Assembly (NCBI GenBank): GCA_963539845.1
Contig: CAUTML010000002.1
Coordinates: 31,372 to 95,371 of the forward strand
Source: an uncultured Candidatus Saccharibacteria bacterium
GTDB taxonomy: Bacteria > Patescibacteriota > Saccharimonadia > Saccharimonadales > Saccharimonadaceae
Reading direction: 5' to 3'
DNA: 64,000 nt
The position numbers and the translations under genes are program-made. Numbering within the stretch: the stretch's first letter is position 1; every line of letters begins with the position of its first letter. Shown in pieces: positions 18,901 through 28,301 of the stretch. The notes beneath the pieces were generated by a model, which made no database searches, was not told where the DNA came from, and worked only from the letters and a program-made list of their open reading frames with translations.

Positions 18901-19962
18901 ATGAATTTACGCTTTGCAACGCCAGCCGAAGTGGCTGACTGGGATCAACTCATCACCGCCAATCAAGCCGGCACTAATGTTTTACAATGTCGCAGTTTTG
19001 CCAAATTAAAGTCGAGCTTCGGCTGGACGGCTCGCTATTTTGTCTATGATTTGAACTCCCAACCGCAGTATTTTCTGGGCTTTGAACAGATTTTCCCCCC
19101 GTTTGGTAAATTGTGGTACTTGCCAAAAGCCCCAAATTTTCTCGAGTCAGCTGATTTTCTGGCTTGTCTCGCTGATTTTCGGACTCTCGCTACCCAAGAA
19201 AACGTCTTTTTAGTTAAATTCGAGCCGGAAATGCCAGCCTCAGCCGAATTATCGCGAGAATTAACCAAGCTCGGCTTACACCCAAATCACCAAATTCAAC
19301 CCGACCAAACCACGATTTTTATCAACACCGCCCTTGATGATGAACAACTTTTTGCGTCATTCCCACAACGGGGTCGCCGAGCCGTGCGTCAAGCCGAAAA
19401 AAACCACATCACCGTTGTTCAAGCCAAACCAACCGAACAAACCTTCCAAAAAATGTATCAACTGATGCAAAACGCCAATGGTGGCGAGGGCGTGCCATTT
19501 ATGCGCGAATACGCTTATTACCAACGTTTCTGGCAACTCTACACTGACGCTCAGATGGGTCAATTTTATTTTGCCCAAGATGAAACTAGTGAGGTGTTAT
19601 CTGGGGCATTTGTCTCGTTCACTGGCGATTATGGTTTTTACAAAGACGGTGGCTCGATGGCTGGAGCCAACCGCAAATCCGCTTCCCACAAGCTCCAATG
19701 GGAAATTATGCGCGACCTTCATCAACGTGGTGTCAAAAAATACAACCTCCACTCCACTCCACCCGCCGACCAACTTAAAAACCCCGATCACCCATACTAC
19801 GGTCTTGGTATTTTTAAGACTAGCTTTTCCAAAGACTTAACCGAATTTTGCGGTTGTTGGGATTTACCACTCCACCCACTACGCTATCAACTGTGGAATC
19901 ACCTCGGTGAACGCCTCGCCCGTCGTCGCTATCGCCGACACCATTCCGGCTCAATGTATTAA
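18901..19962 (+). CDS. FemAB-family peptidoglycan interpeptide-bridge aminoacyltransferase
   Basis: 353 aa. The N-terminus (W-D-x-L...NVLQCRSFAKLKSSFGW) and C-terminal half (…YKDGGSMAGANRKSASHKLQWEIM…YNLHST…) follow the FemX/FemAB pattern. Confidence 0.7.
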   Translation: MNLRFATPAEVADWDQLITANQAGTNVLQCRSFAKLKSSFGWTARYFVYDLNSQPQYFLGFEQIFPPFGKLWYLPKAPNFLESADFLACLADFRTLATQENVFLVKFEPEMPASAELSRELTKLGLHPNHQIQPDQTTIFINTALDDEQLFASFPQRGRRAVRQAEKNHITVVQAKPTEQTFQKMYQLMQNANGGEGVPFMREYAYYQRFWQLYTDAQMGQFYFAQDETSEVLSGAFVSFTGDYGFYKDGGSMAGANRKSASHKLQWEIMRDLHQRGVKKYNLHSTPPADQLKNPDHPYYGLGIFKTSFSKDLTEFCGCWDLPLHPLRYQLWNHLGERLARRRYRRHHSGSMY

Positions 19963-19988
19963 TTTTTACCACATTTTAAAGCTTTTTA

Positions 19989-20018
19989 CCCACCTCTTTT
20001 TAACAGAGGTGAGTTTTA
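19989..20018 (+). terminator. Rho-independent terminator after the femAB-like gene
   Basis: CCACCTCT-ttttaac-AGAGGTG followed by AGTTTT. Confidence 0.6.
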
Positions 20019-20039
20019 AAAATTACAACGTTTTGTGGG

Positions 20040-20068
20040 TTGACCTTTAGCATAAGCCTTTCTATAAT
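20040..20068 (+). promoter_or_regulatory. Near-consensus sigma-70 promoter for nrdDG (TTGACC-N17-TATAAT)
   Basis: Hexamers and spacer were counted by hand. It gives a ~120-nt 5' UTR before ATG 20195. Confidence 0.6.
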
Positions 20069-20194
20069 AGACTTATCACTAAGTGTGTGAAAAGCGATTA
20101 CTGAGAGAGATTGCTTTAAAAAATAAAAAAATAATTAAAAACGGGCCTTTCCTATTTGGTAAGGGTCTTTTTAACCAACCAAGAAAGGGAGAAT

Positions 20195-22549
20195 ATGAAT
20201 CAATTTAACAAAATCAAAAAACGCGACGGCAAAATCGTCAGTTTTAACCAACAAAAAATCATCGACGCTATCGCTAAAGCCGGCGCCGCCACTGGTGAAT
20301 TTGGTCCTGACCGGGCTCGCAACCTCGCCGAAAAAGTCACCCGCACCGCCCTGGCCGACCTGCCCTCACGCATTCCCACTGTCGAACAACTTCAGGACGT
20401 CGTCGAAAAAGTTTTGATGGAATCAGCGTTTAAAAAAACCGCCAAAGCTTACATTGAATATCGGGCGGAACGCGAACGCCAACGCGCTAAAAAAACCAGA
20501 CTGATGCAAATTTACAACACTATTTCTCATGCCGACGCCTCCGAAGATTCCGACGTCAAACGCGGTAACGCCAATGTCGACGGTAACTCCGCCATGGGTA
20601 AAATGCTCCAATTTGGCGCCGAAGGTTCTAAAGAATTCGCGCGCACCTGCCTGCTCAAACCAGAATTCGCTCAAGCTCACGACAGTGGCGAAATTCATAT
20701 CCACGACCTCGATTTTATGGCGACCGGCACCCTAACTTGCTGCCAAACCGACCCATTGAAACTGTTCAAAAATGGCTTTAATACCGGACATGGTTTTTTG
20801 CGCACTCCTAATTCGATTGGTTCTTACACCGCCCTGGCCGCTATTATTCTCCAAGCCAACCAAAACGAACAGCATGGTGGTCAATCAATTCCTAATTTTG
20901 ACTATGCCATGGCACCCGGCATCAACAAAACCTACAAAAAAGCCCTACGCGCCAACCTTCAAAAATACAATGATTTCACCGGCAAAAATCTCAAAATTAC
21001 TATCCCAGACGACATTACTTTTGGCGACGATAAAAAACTAGCCAAGCTGAAAGTTCCCGCAGTTATCATCAAAGACGCCAAAGCTGATACCGAGCATCAA
21101 GCTCTCCAAGCCATGGAAGGTTTTGTTCATAATCTCAACACCATGCACTCCCGCGCTGGCGCCCAAGTGCCTTTTACCTCGATTAACTTCGGTACTGACA
21201 CTAGCCCAGAAGGTCGCCTAGTCTCTAAAATGCTCCTCGAAGCTACCGCCAATGGCCTCGGTCGGGGCGAAACTCCAATTTTCCCAATCTCAATTTTTAA
21301 AGTTAAAGAAGGTGTCAACTACAACCCTGAAGACCCTAACTACGATTTGTTCAAACGCTCGATGGAAGTTTCCGCTAAGCGTTTATTCCCAAATTTCGTG
21401 TTCATCGACGCGCCGTTTAATCTCCAATATTACAAACCTGGCGATTATCTGTCAGAAATCGCCACCATGGGTTGTCGCACTCGGGTGATGTCGTCAATTT
21501 TCCCAGAGTCTAATGGCACAACGGTTGGTCGCGGTAATAATTCTTTTACCACTATCAATTTGGTACGCATTGGCATCAAACACGGTATCGCCACCAACAT
21601 CCGCGACAAGGCCGATTGGAATGGTTTTTATAAAGAATTAGACCAAAAAATTGACCTGTGCGCCGAACAATTGCTCGAGCGTTACGAGTTTCAAGCTAAC
21701 CAACGTGTTAAAAACTTCCCATTCCTGATGGGTCAAGGCAACTGGATGGGCAGCGACAAGCTTAAAGCTAACGATACTTTGCGCGAGGTGATCAAACACG
21801 GTACTTTAAGTATTGGCTTTATTGGGCTAGCTGAAACACTTGTGGCTATGATCGGCAAACATCACGGCGAAGACCGAATCGCCCGCGAACTCGGTCTCGA
21901 TATCATCTCCCACATGCGCGAACGCTGTGACCAACTCGCCAAAAAACACCGCCTGAACTTCTCATTGCTAGCCACCCCAGCTGAGGGTTTGTCGGGGCGC
22001 TTCACTCGCATTGACCGCAAGGAATTTGGCGTAATTAAAGGCGTCACCGATCGTGATTTTTACACCAATTCCTTCCACGTGCCAGTTTATTATCCAATCT
22101 CAGCCTTCGAAAAAATTGAAATCGAAGCGCCGTATCACGATTTAACCAACGCCGGTCACATCACCTACATCGAAATGGACGGTGACCCATCGAACAACAT
22201 CGAAGCCTTCGAAGCAGTTGTTCGCAAAATGAAAGAATCAGGCATCGGTTACGGTAGCATCAACCACCCGGTTGACCGCGACCCGTTATGTGGCTTTAGT
22301 GGCATTATCGAAGGTCAGATTTGCCCAGGTTGTGGTCGCCATGAAGACGACGGCGATTGTGGTTTTGAACGCCTACGCCGAATTACCGGCTATCTGGTCG
22401 GCTCGCTCGAGCGTTGGAATGATGGCAAAAAAGCCGAGGAATCAGCCCGCGTCAAACACGGCATTGTGACCGAAAATTACGATCAAGACACCAAAACCGC
22501 CCGTGAACTCAAAAAACAAGTCGTTGATTCGGCTGTCGGCAAGGCTTAG
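20195..22549 (+). CDS. nrdD: Anaerobic ribonucleoside-triphosphate reductase (class III)
   Basis: N-terminal ATP-cone (IKKRDGKIVSFNQQKIIDAI), a C-terminal Zn site CPGCG...C, and the glycyl-radical motif RRITGYLVG. GAAAGGGAG SD lies before ATG 20195. Confidence 0.95.
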   Translation: MNQFNKIKKRDGKIVSFNQQKIIDAIAKAGAATGEFGPDRARNLAEKVTRTALADLPSRIPTVEQLQDVVEKVLMESAFKKTAKAYIEYRAERERQRAKKTRLMQIYNTISHADASEDSDVKRGNANVDGNSAMGKMLQFGAEGSKEFARTCLLKPEFAQAHDSGEIHIHDLDFMATGTLTCCQTDPLKLFKNGFNTGHGFLRTPNSIGSYTALAAIILQANQNEQHGGQSIPNFDYAMAPGINKTYKKALRANLQKYNDFTGKNLKITIPDDITFGDDKKLAKLKVPAVIIKDAKADTEHQALQAMEGFVHNLNTMHSRAGAQVPFTSINFGTDTSPEGRLVSKMLLEATANGLGRGETPIFPISIFKVKEGVNYNPEDPNYDLFKRSMEVSAKRLFPNFVFIDAPFNLQYYKPGDYLSEIATMGCRTRVMSSIFPESNGTTVGRGNNSFTTINLVRIGIKHGIATNIRDKADWNGFYKELDQKIDLCAEQLLERYEFQANQRVKNFPFLMGQGNWMGSDKLKANDTLREVIKHGTLSIGFIGLAETLVAMIGKHHGEDRIARELGLDIISHMRERCDQLAKKHRLNFSLLATPAEGLSGRFTRIDRKEFGVIKGVTDRDFYTNSFHVPVYYPISAFEKIEIEAPYHDLTNAGHITYIEMDGDPSNNIEAFEAVVRKMKESGIGYGSINHPVDRDPLCGFSGIIEGQICPGCGRHEDDGDCGFERLRRITGYLVGSLERWNDGKKAEESARVKHGIVTENYDQDTKTARELKKQVVDSAVGKA

Positions 22550-22557
22550 GATATAAA

Positions 22558-23160
22558 ATGAGCGCTTCAGCCCCCACCCCCACCAACTCGAGCAATCCAG
22601 CTTTTTCCGCCCGTCAAAAAGTCAAAAAAATCGCTCACTACCAAGATTTATTATTGCCTCAATTATCCACGCCCGAAGGTTTTATTCGGTTGGCAGGTCC
22701 GATTGAACGCGACAACATCGTCAACGGACCCGGCCTGCGGGCGGTAATTTGGACACAAGGCTGTCGCCAACGTTGCCCCGGCTGTCAAAATCCCGAAACT
22801 TGGAACGAATCAGCCGGTCAATTAGTCGCCATCGAAGACGTCAAACAACAACTCCGCGCCCTCAAAGGTCAAACCGGCTTGACTTTTTGCGGTGGCGAAC
22901 CACTCTTGCAGGCCGACGCTTGCCGTCAAATTGCCGATTGGGCGCGCCAAGAATTAGGCTGGAATATTTGGTCATTCACCGGTTTAATTTACGAAAGAAT
23001 CCCCCACGACAGCCCCGCCTGGCGCTTTATCCAATCGCTCGATGTGCTAATTGATGGACCGTTCATCCAAGCTCAGCGTGATTTGTCGATCAAATGGCGC
23101 GGTAGTCGCAACCAACGCCTGCTCCATCTCAAAAACGGCGAAATCACCAAAATTAAATAA
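22558..23160 (+). CDS. nrdG: Anaerobic RNR activating protein (radical SAM)
   Basis: NGPGLRAVIWTQGCRQRCPGCQNPETW contains the CxxxCxxC cluster. It lies 8 nt after nrdD. Relative to typical NrdG, the ATG start implies a ~50-aa N-terminal extension. Confidence 0.9.
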   Translation: MSASAPTPTNSSNPAFSARQKVKKIAHYQDLLLPQLSTPEGFIRLAGPIERDNIVNGPGLRAVIWTQGCRQRCPGCQNPETWNESAGQLVAIEDVKQQLRALKGQTGLTFCGGEPLLQADACRQIADWARQELGWNIWSFTGLIYERIPHDSPAWRFIQSLDVLIDGPFIQAQRDLSIKWRGSRNQRLLHLKNGEITKIK

Positions 23161-23177
23161 TTAAATAGTGCCCACTT

Positions 23178-23208
23178 AAAAATCCCCACTCCAGGCGGGG
23201 ATTTTTAT
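23178..23208. terminator. Bidirectional terminator between nrdG (+) and pnp (-)
   Basis: AAAAATCCCC-actccaggc-GGGGATTTTT, with A/T runs on both sides. Confidence 0.7.
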
Positions 23209-23221
23209 TATCGCTAGTGAA

Positions 23222-25333
23222 TTATTTAGCGTCTTTCATCGACAACTTCAGGCGACCCTTGTCGTCAATTGCCACCAATTTGACCTTAACTTCAGCGCCG
23301 AGATGAACCACATCTTCAACTTTAGCCACTCGATGGTCAGCCATTTCTGAAATATGCACCATCCCGTCAATACCCGGCATGATATTCACAAACGCCCCAA
23401 ATTCTTTAATCGAAACCACTTTACCAGTGTAAATCTGACCAACTTCCGGCTCAATTGTCAGACTTTTAACCCAATCCAGAGCCTTAGTGATCGCTTCGGA
23501 ATCAACCGCTGAAATAGTCACCAAACCATCATCAGCAATATCGATTTCGGCGCCAGTCGCGCTGGTAATTTCGCGAATTGTCTCGCCACCTTTACCAATC
23601 ACCGCCCCGATTTTGTCAGGATTAATCATCAGTTTTTCAATCCGTGGCGCGTATTGACTGAGCTCTTTGCGTGGGGCTGGCAAAATCGACAGCATATGCT
23701 CCATGATTTTTTCGCGACCTTCTTTAGCCCGCAAAATCGCCTTGCGCAACACCTCAACCGGCAAACCATGAACTTTCATGTCCATTTGCAATGCCGTAAT
23801 ACCCAATTCCGTACCAGTTGCTTTAAAATCCATATCACCAGCAAAATCTTCAGTATCAGCAATATCGGTCAAAATATACGGCTGTCCGTCCTCGCCCATC
23901 ATCAGACCCATCGCCACACCAGCTACTGGGCGTTTCAGAGGCACACCAGCGTCCATCAGCGCCAAACAGCTCGAGCAAGTCGCCGCCATCGACGTTGAAC
24001 CATTTTGTGACATAATCTCAGTTACTGAGCGAATGGCATACGGAAAATCTTCTTTCGCCGGCAAAACTGGCTCCAGCGCTCGTTCCGCCAGATAGCCGTG
24101 ACCAATTTCGCGACGTCCCGGCGAACCCAGCCGACCGCATTCACCCACGGTATAGCTTGGCGCATTATAGTGATGCATATAACGACGTTCACCATCAGTA
24201 ATTTCCATAGTATCAACAATCTGCGCATACGACAGAGGCGCCAGGGTTACGATATTCATCGCCTGGGTTACCCCGCGGGTAAACAAACTCGAACCGTGAG
24301 TGCGTGGTAAAATCCCGACTTCACTCGACAGCGGTCTGACTTCATCCAGCGCCCGACCATCTGGTCGCACGCCATCTTCAATAATTCCCCGGCGGACGTC
24401 TTTATGCGCTTCAACAGTAAACGCTTCATCATATTGAACTTTAAGCTCGGCATAAGCTTCACCATGCCGGGCTTCTAACTCGGCGTGCATTTGTTGACGC
24501 AGTTGTTCCACCACTAGATTGCGATAGGGATATTGTTGACGCATATCAGGAGTAAATTTACCCTGACACCACTGCTCAACTTCTGCCAAAATCGCTTCAT
24601 CGGGCTTGACTAATTCATAAGGCAACGGCTCAACCGCCAATTTTGCCACCAATTCTTTTTGCAATTCGATCGCTGGTTGCATCGCTTGATGAGCCCAGGC
24701 AAAAGCATCCGCCAGCAAGGTTTCTGGCACTTCTTTTGCGCCAGCTTCCACCATGGTGATACCGCTGGCAATACCGGCTACTGTTAAATCAATACTCGAG
24801 CGCGCTTGTTCCTCAGGGCTAGCAAAGGCTTTAAACTGCCCGTCAACATACGCCACCCGCAAACCAGCCACCGGCCCGTCAAACGGCACCCCAGCGACCA
24901 TCAAAGCTGTACTGGTGGCAATCATCGCCACGATGTCTGGCCGAAAATCCGGATCCATCGACAACACGCTAGCCACCGCCTGAACTTCTTGGCGATAGCC
25001 TTTTGGAAACAGCGGTCGAATTGGTCGATCAATCAACCGACCCGACAAAATTGCCTGATCACTTGGCCGACCTTCGCGTTTGATAAACCGCGAGCCAGAG
25101 ATTTTACCAGCTGCATAAAATTTTTCTTCATAATCAATCGACAACGGGAAATAATCCCGGGTAGGATCAACTTTACCGACCATCACATTGCCCAGCACTA
25201 CCGTATCGCCATAACGCGCCAGTACACTCGCCGTGGTCCGAAAACCAACCCGGTTGACTTCCAGCGTCAATTGGCGCCCACAAAGCTCGCCAGACACCGA
25301 GATAATATCTTTGCCTAGAGGGTTTATAATCAT
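23222..25333 (-). CDS. pnp: Polyribonucleotide nucleotidyltransferase (PNPase)
   Basis: 703 aa with two RNase PH domains, KH (…GKGGETIREI…) and S1 (…GKVVSIKEFGAFVNI…) domains. Confidence 0.95.
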   Translation of the reverse strand: MIINPLGKDIISVSGELCGRQLTLEVNRVGFRTTASVLARYGDTVVLGNVMVGKVDPTRDYFPLSIDYEEKFYAAGKISGSRFIKREGRPSDQAILSGRLIDRPIRPLFPKGYRQEVQAVASVLSMDPDFRPDIVAMIATSTALMVAGVPFDGPVAGLRVAYVDGQFKAFASPEEQARSSIDLTVAGIASGITMVEAGAKEVPETLLADAFAWAHQAMQPAIELQKELVAKLAVEPLPYELVKPDEAILAEVEQWCQGKFTPDMRQQYPYRNLVVEQLRQQMHAELEARHGEAYAELKVQYDEAFTVEAHKDVRRGIIEDGVRPDGRALDEVRPLSSEVGILPRTHGSSLFTRGVTQAMNIVTLAPLSYAQIVDTMEITDGERRYMHHYNAPSYTVGECGRLGSPGRREIGHGYLAERALEPVLPAKEDFPYAIRSVTEIMSQNGSTSMAATCSSCLALMDAGVPLKRPVAGVAMGLMMGEDGQPYILTDIADTEDFAGDMDFKATGTELGITALQMDMKVHGLPVEVLRKAILRAKEGREKIMEHMLSILPAPRKELSQYAPRIEKLMINPDKIGAVIGKGGETIREITSATGAEIDIADDGLVTISAVDSEAITKALDWVKSLTIEPEVGQIYTGKVVSIKEFGAFVNIMPGIDGMVHISEMADHRVAKVEDVVHLGAEVKVKLVAIDDKGRLKLSMKDAK

Positions 25334-25349
25334 AAATTCTCCTTTTTAT

Positions 25350-25413
25350 CTTAAAGCTAAGTAACAGATGTATGACGTGCCAAGCACCCCGCGCAACCAT
25401 CACTTACTTTAAG
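25350..25413 (-). promoter_or_regulatory. Long imperfect hairpin in the pnp 5' leader
   Basis: Minus strand: CTTAAAGTAAGTGATG...CATCTGTTACTTAGCTTTAAG, with stems of 7+5+4 bp and bulges. It lies downstream of TGGTATAAT (-10 at 25439-25434) and upstream of the SD AAAGGAG. Confidence 0.4.
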
Positions 25414-25517
25414 ATGATTAATTTTACAGAGATATTATACCACTTTTAAATAGTTTAAACCAGTCAACTCCGTGCCAATCCCCTTAATCACACAATGAAT
25501 GTTTGACTAACAAATGC

Positions 25518-25546
25518 TTGACTTTTAACCATAAGTGTGATATAAT
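25518..25546 (+). promoter_or_regulatory. Consensus-like promoter TTGACT-N17-TATAAT for the 25570 gene
   Basis: Counted by hand. The leader is ~16 nt with no SD. Confidence 0.6.
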
Positions 25547-25569
25547 TAAAGTATTACTATGGTTATTTT

Positions 25570-26484
25570 ATGAAAAACACAAACAATCACCCCATCTACC
25601 GTTATGATACCCACCCCAAACCAGACGCTCAGAGTTTGCCATTAAAAACTCAGCGTCCGGCAGAGGCTTATTTTGAACAGTCTGCTCGTCGCGTCAACCG
25701 CTACGAACATCTGAACCAACCAGATCTGCCTAAACCGCTTTTGCGCAAACTCGGCGCCACTGCGACTGCTTTAGCGGTGTTAGTGGCTGGGCAGTATTTA
25801 ACTCACAGCGATCAGCGCATCGCCAAAGCCTCCTCGGCGCCAGTTCCAACAGTTGAAGAACCACAGCACCCCACCGCCCCAAATTCAAATTCAGAACCCG
25901 ACCAGCCTCCGCATCAAGAACCTCAATTAGCTGTCGCCACCCTCGACCAACAACCATCCGCCGTTGAAAACGCTCAGCCTGGTCCCGAAGCCTCACCAAC
26001 CATCAACAAAACCGTTACGCCACCACCAAACAGCGGTAAATTTAAGTCGTTCATGGATTATCGGACGATCACCAACCGTGCCTCGCGCCAGTATGAATTG
26101 TTACACAGCTCCAACATTATCACCAACGAGCAAGGTTTGCGCTGTTATCAGCTTGATGATCAAGTTTATCCGCTGGTAGCTGTTGGTAGTGGCGTAACGA
26201 CCCAAGTCGGACAACGGTTAGACATTTCCATCCAAGCTAACAACCAGCCAGAACATGTCCTCCAGGCGGTGGTTGGCGATTTAAAAGCTGACAAAGATAC
26301 CGATTCGACTCACACTTATCATCTGGTTGACAAAAGCATGGTCGAGTTTCTAGTGGACACCCCTCAGCTTCGTCGAGCCGAGCCCCTAGTGACCAAAATG
26401 GGCAACCTCAGCTACACCACCGACGGTCAGTTAGCCGGCGCAGTCACCAAAATCGACGTGCTTGATCAGATCGTTGATTATTAG
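25570..26484 (+). CDS. Membrane-anchored extracytoplasmic protein with a Pro/Gln-rich stalk and a ~150-aa C-terminal globular domain (unknown)
   Basis: 304 aa with one TM helix (LGATATALAVLVAGQYL), a linker rich in P/Q/E/S, and a C-terminal domain starting FKSFMDYRTITNRASRQYELL. It is on the opposite strand to its neighbours. Confidence 0.6.
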   Translation: MKNTNNHPIYRYDTHPKPDAQSLPLKTQRPAEAYFEQSARRVNRYEHLNQPDLPKPLLRKLGATATALAVLVAGQYLTHSDQRIAKASSAPVPTVEEPQHPTAPNSNSEPDQPPHQEPQLAVATLDQQPSAVENAQPGPEASPTINKTVTPPPNSGKFKSFMDYRTITNRASRQYELLHSSNIITNEQGLRCYQLDDQVYPLVAVGSGVTTQVGQRLDISIQANNQPEHVLQAVVGDLKADKDTDSTHTYHLVDKSMVEFLVDTPQLRRAEPLVTKMGNLSYTTDGQLAGAVTKIDVLDQIVDY

Positions 26485-26597
26485 CCTCTGCCAACTTCAC
26501 TTTTTCTAAAAAATACACTCGCTAATTTCGACAAATCCCCGCTCTTAATTCCGAGCGTCTCATCAATCACCGATAGTTCACTTCAAGCCAAACTAAA

Positions 26598-26617
26598 ACT
26601 GCGCCTATTTGCGCAGT
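26598..26617 (-). terminator. Hairpin terminator overlapping the rpsO stop codon
   Basis: Minus strand: ACTGCGC-aaatag-GCGCAGT followed by TTTAGTTT. The loop contains the TAG stop. Confidence 0.45.
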
Positions 26618-26871
26618 CCTAGAGTTTGGATGGTTTTTTTGTAAGATTCGTAATCTTTTTTCTCAAGATATTTGAGCAGTTTCTTACGCTTACCAACCAT
26701 TTGAATCAAGCCACGACGAGCCATTTTGTCTTGTTTGTTGGTCTTGAGGTGTTCGATAATCTCGTTGATACGAGCGGTCAAAATTGACACTTGCACCTCT
26801 GGTGAGCCAACATCATTTGCTCCGCGTTGGGTTTGCTTGATCGCTTTAGCTTTATTGTCTTTAGTAATCAT
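26605..26871 (-). CDS. rpsO: 30S ribosomal protein S15
   Basis: 88 aa: …GSPEVQVSILTARINEIIEHLKTNKQDKMARRGLIQMVGKRKKLLKYL…. Confidence 0.95.
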   Translation of the reverse strand: MITKDNKAKAIKQTQRGANDVGSPEVQVSILTARINEIIEHLKTNKQDKMARRGLIQMVGKRKKLLKYLEKKDYESYKKTIQTLGLRK

Positions 26872-26879
26872 CGTGAATT

Positions 26880-26908
26880 ATTTTACCAGATATAATCAGT
26901 TTTTACAA
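26880..26908 (-). promoter_or_regulatory. rpsO promoter TTGTAA-N17-TAAAAT, 8 nt from the ATG (leaderless geometry)
   Basis: Counted by hand. The -35 box lies 12 nt downstream of the pgi stop codon (26920). Confidence 0.5.
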
Positions 26909-26919
26909 GCCCCGACGAT

Positions 26920-28173
26920 TTATTGCTCGTTCATAATTTCTTTAATAGCCGCCTTGTAATGCTCAACTCCCGGTTGGTCAAAGGGATTAACGCCCAGCAT
27001 ATAACCACTCACCGCACAACTAATCATGAAAAACATATAAGCATAACCGAGCGAATACGGACTAAAATCCTCAATAATTAACTCAATCACTGGCACTCCA
27101 CCCATCGAGTGAGCCTTGATCGTCCCCTCTAGCGCAAAAGTATTCATATCGGACAGATTAGGATTAACCATCTCATCAACCATTTCCGCGACGGTCGCAT
27201 CAATTGGATTTTTGACATCAATTATCGTTTCTAGCATATTGCGCGGACCAGCCTGCATGTATTGCCCCATAGAGTGCAAATCTGCGGCATACACCAACGA
27301 TGCCGGAAACAAGCCTTTGCCGTCCTTACCTTCACTTTCACCAAATAATTGTTTAAGCCACTCTAAGAATGAGCGCATGCGAGGTTCAAAACAAGCAAAA
27401 CACTCAATCGCATGTTCACCGCCATAAGCCATGTGCCGATAGACCGCATGTTTCAGCAGTCCGACATCACCCCTCGTTGCTTCTTGCAAGACATAATCTG
27501 CACCTTCGATATATTCGGCAATATCACAGCCAGCCACCGCCAGTGGCAACAAAGTTCCCGCCGTAAACGCTGAATAACGGCCACCGATATCTGATGGAAT
27601 AGTTAGCATCGTCCATTTTTTAGCTAAAGCCTGCTCGCGTAATTTACCAGTTTTAGGATCGGTAATCGCATAAACGCGCCGGTCAGCCTTGTCACCGTAT
27701 TTTTTACACAATTTTTCATAAAAAATCTTAAAGGCGACCGATGGTTCCAAAGTGCCACCAGATTTAGAAACATAAATCACCGAAAAATCACGATCACCAA
27801 TAGCTTTTAGCACGCCAGCCATATTACTCGGACTAAAACTGTTACCGGCGTAATAAATTTCTAAAGTTGAGGTATCTGCATCAGTGTTGTAATAATTACC
27901 AAACAAATAATCAATGCCCGCTCGCGAGCCCATATAAGAGCCACCGATACCAATTACTATGACCACTTCTGATTTTTTTTGGATTTGCTTGGCAACTTCG
28001 TTAATTTGAGCAATTTCGGCTGGTTTTGGTAATTTTAACCACCCTAGCCACTCCGTTCCAACACCTTCGCGCTTCAACAACTGTTCCAGCGCCACTCGCG
28101 CTTGTTTCATATGATGTTGGTATTTTTCAAAGTCGCTGATTCCTCGGTTTCGAACCACTACTGCACTTTTCAT
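26920..28173 (-). CDS. pgi: Glucose-6-phosphate isomerase (short form)
   Basis: 417 aa with SIS-domain motifs IGIGGSYMGSRA, YVSKSGGTLE and GGRYS. Confidence 0.9.
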   Translation of the reverse strand: MKSAVVVRNRGISDFEKYQHHMKQARVALEQLLKREGVGTEWLGWLKLPKPAEIAQINEVAKQIQKKSEVVIVIGIGGSYMGSRAGIDYLFGNYYNTDADTSTLEIYYAGNSFSPSNMAGVLKAIGDRDFSVIYVSKSGGTLEPSVAFKIFYEKLCKKYGDKADRRVYAITDPKTGKLREQALAKKWTMLTIPSDIGGRYSAFTAGTLLPLAVAGCDIAEYIEGADYVLQEATRGDVGLLKHAVYRHMAYGGEHAIECFACFEPRMRSFLEWLKQLFGESEGKDGKGLFPASLVYAADLHSMGQYMQAGPRNMLETIIDVKNPIDATVAEMVDEMVNPNLSDMNTFALEGTIKAHSMGGVPVIELIIEDFSPYSLGYAYMFFMISCAVSGYMLGVNPFDQPGVEHYKAAIKEIMNEQ

Positions 28174-28301
28174 TTCAAAATTCCTTATTTAAATTATGGT
28201 GCGAGCTTAATTAGCTCACGTTTTTATTATACACCGCTAAAATAGCCCTGGCTAGTTATAGCAATGACATATCTTTATATTATACCATAAAAAGCAGGAT
28301 T

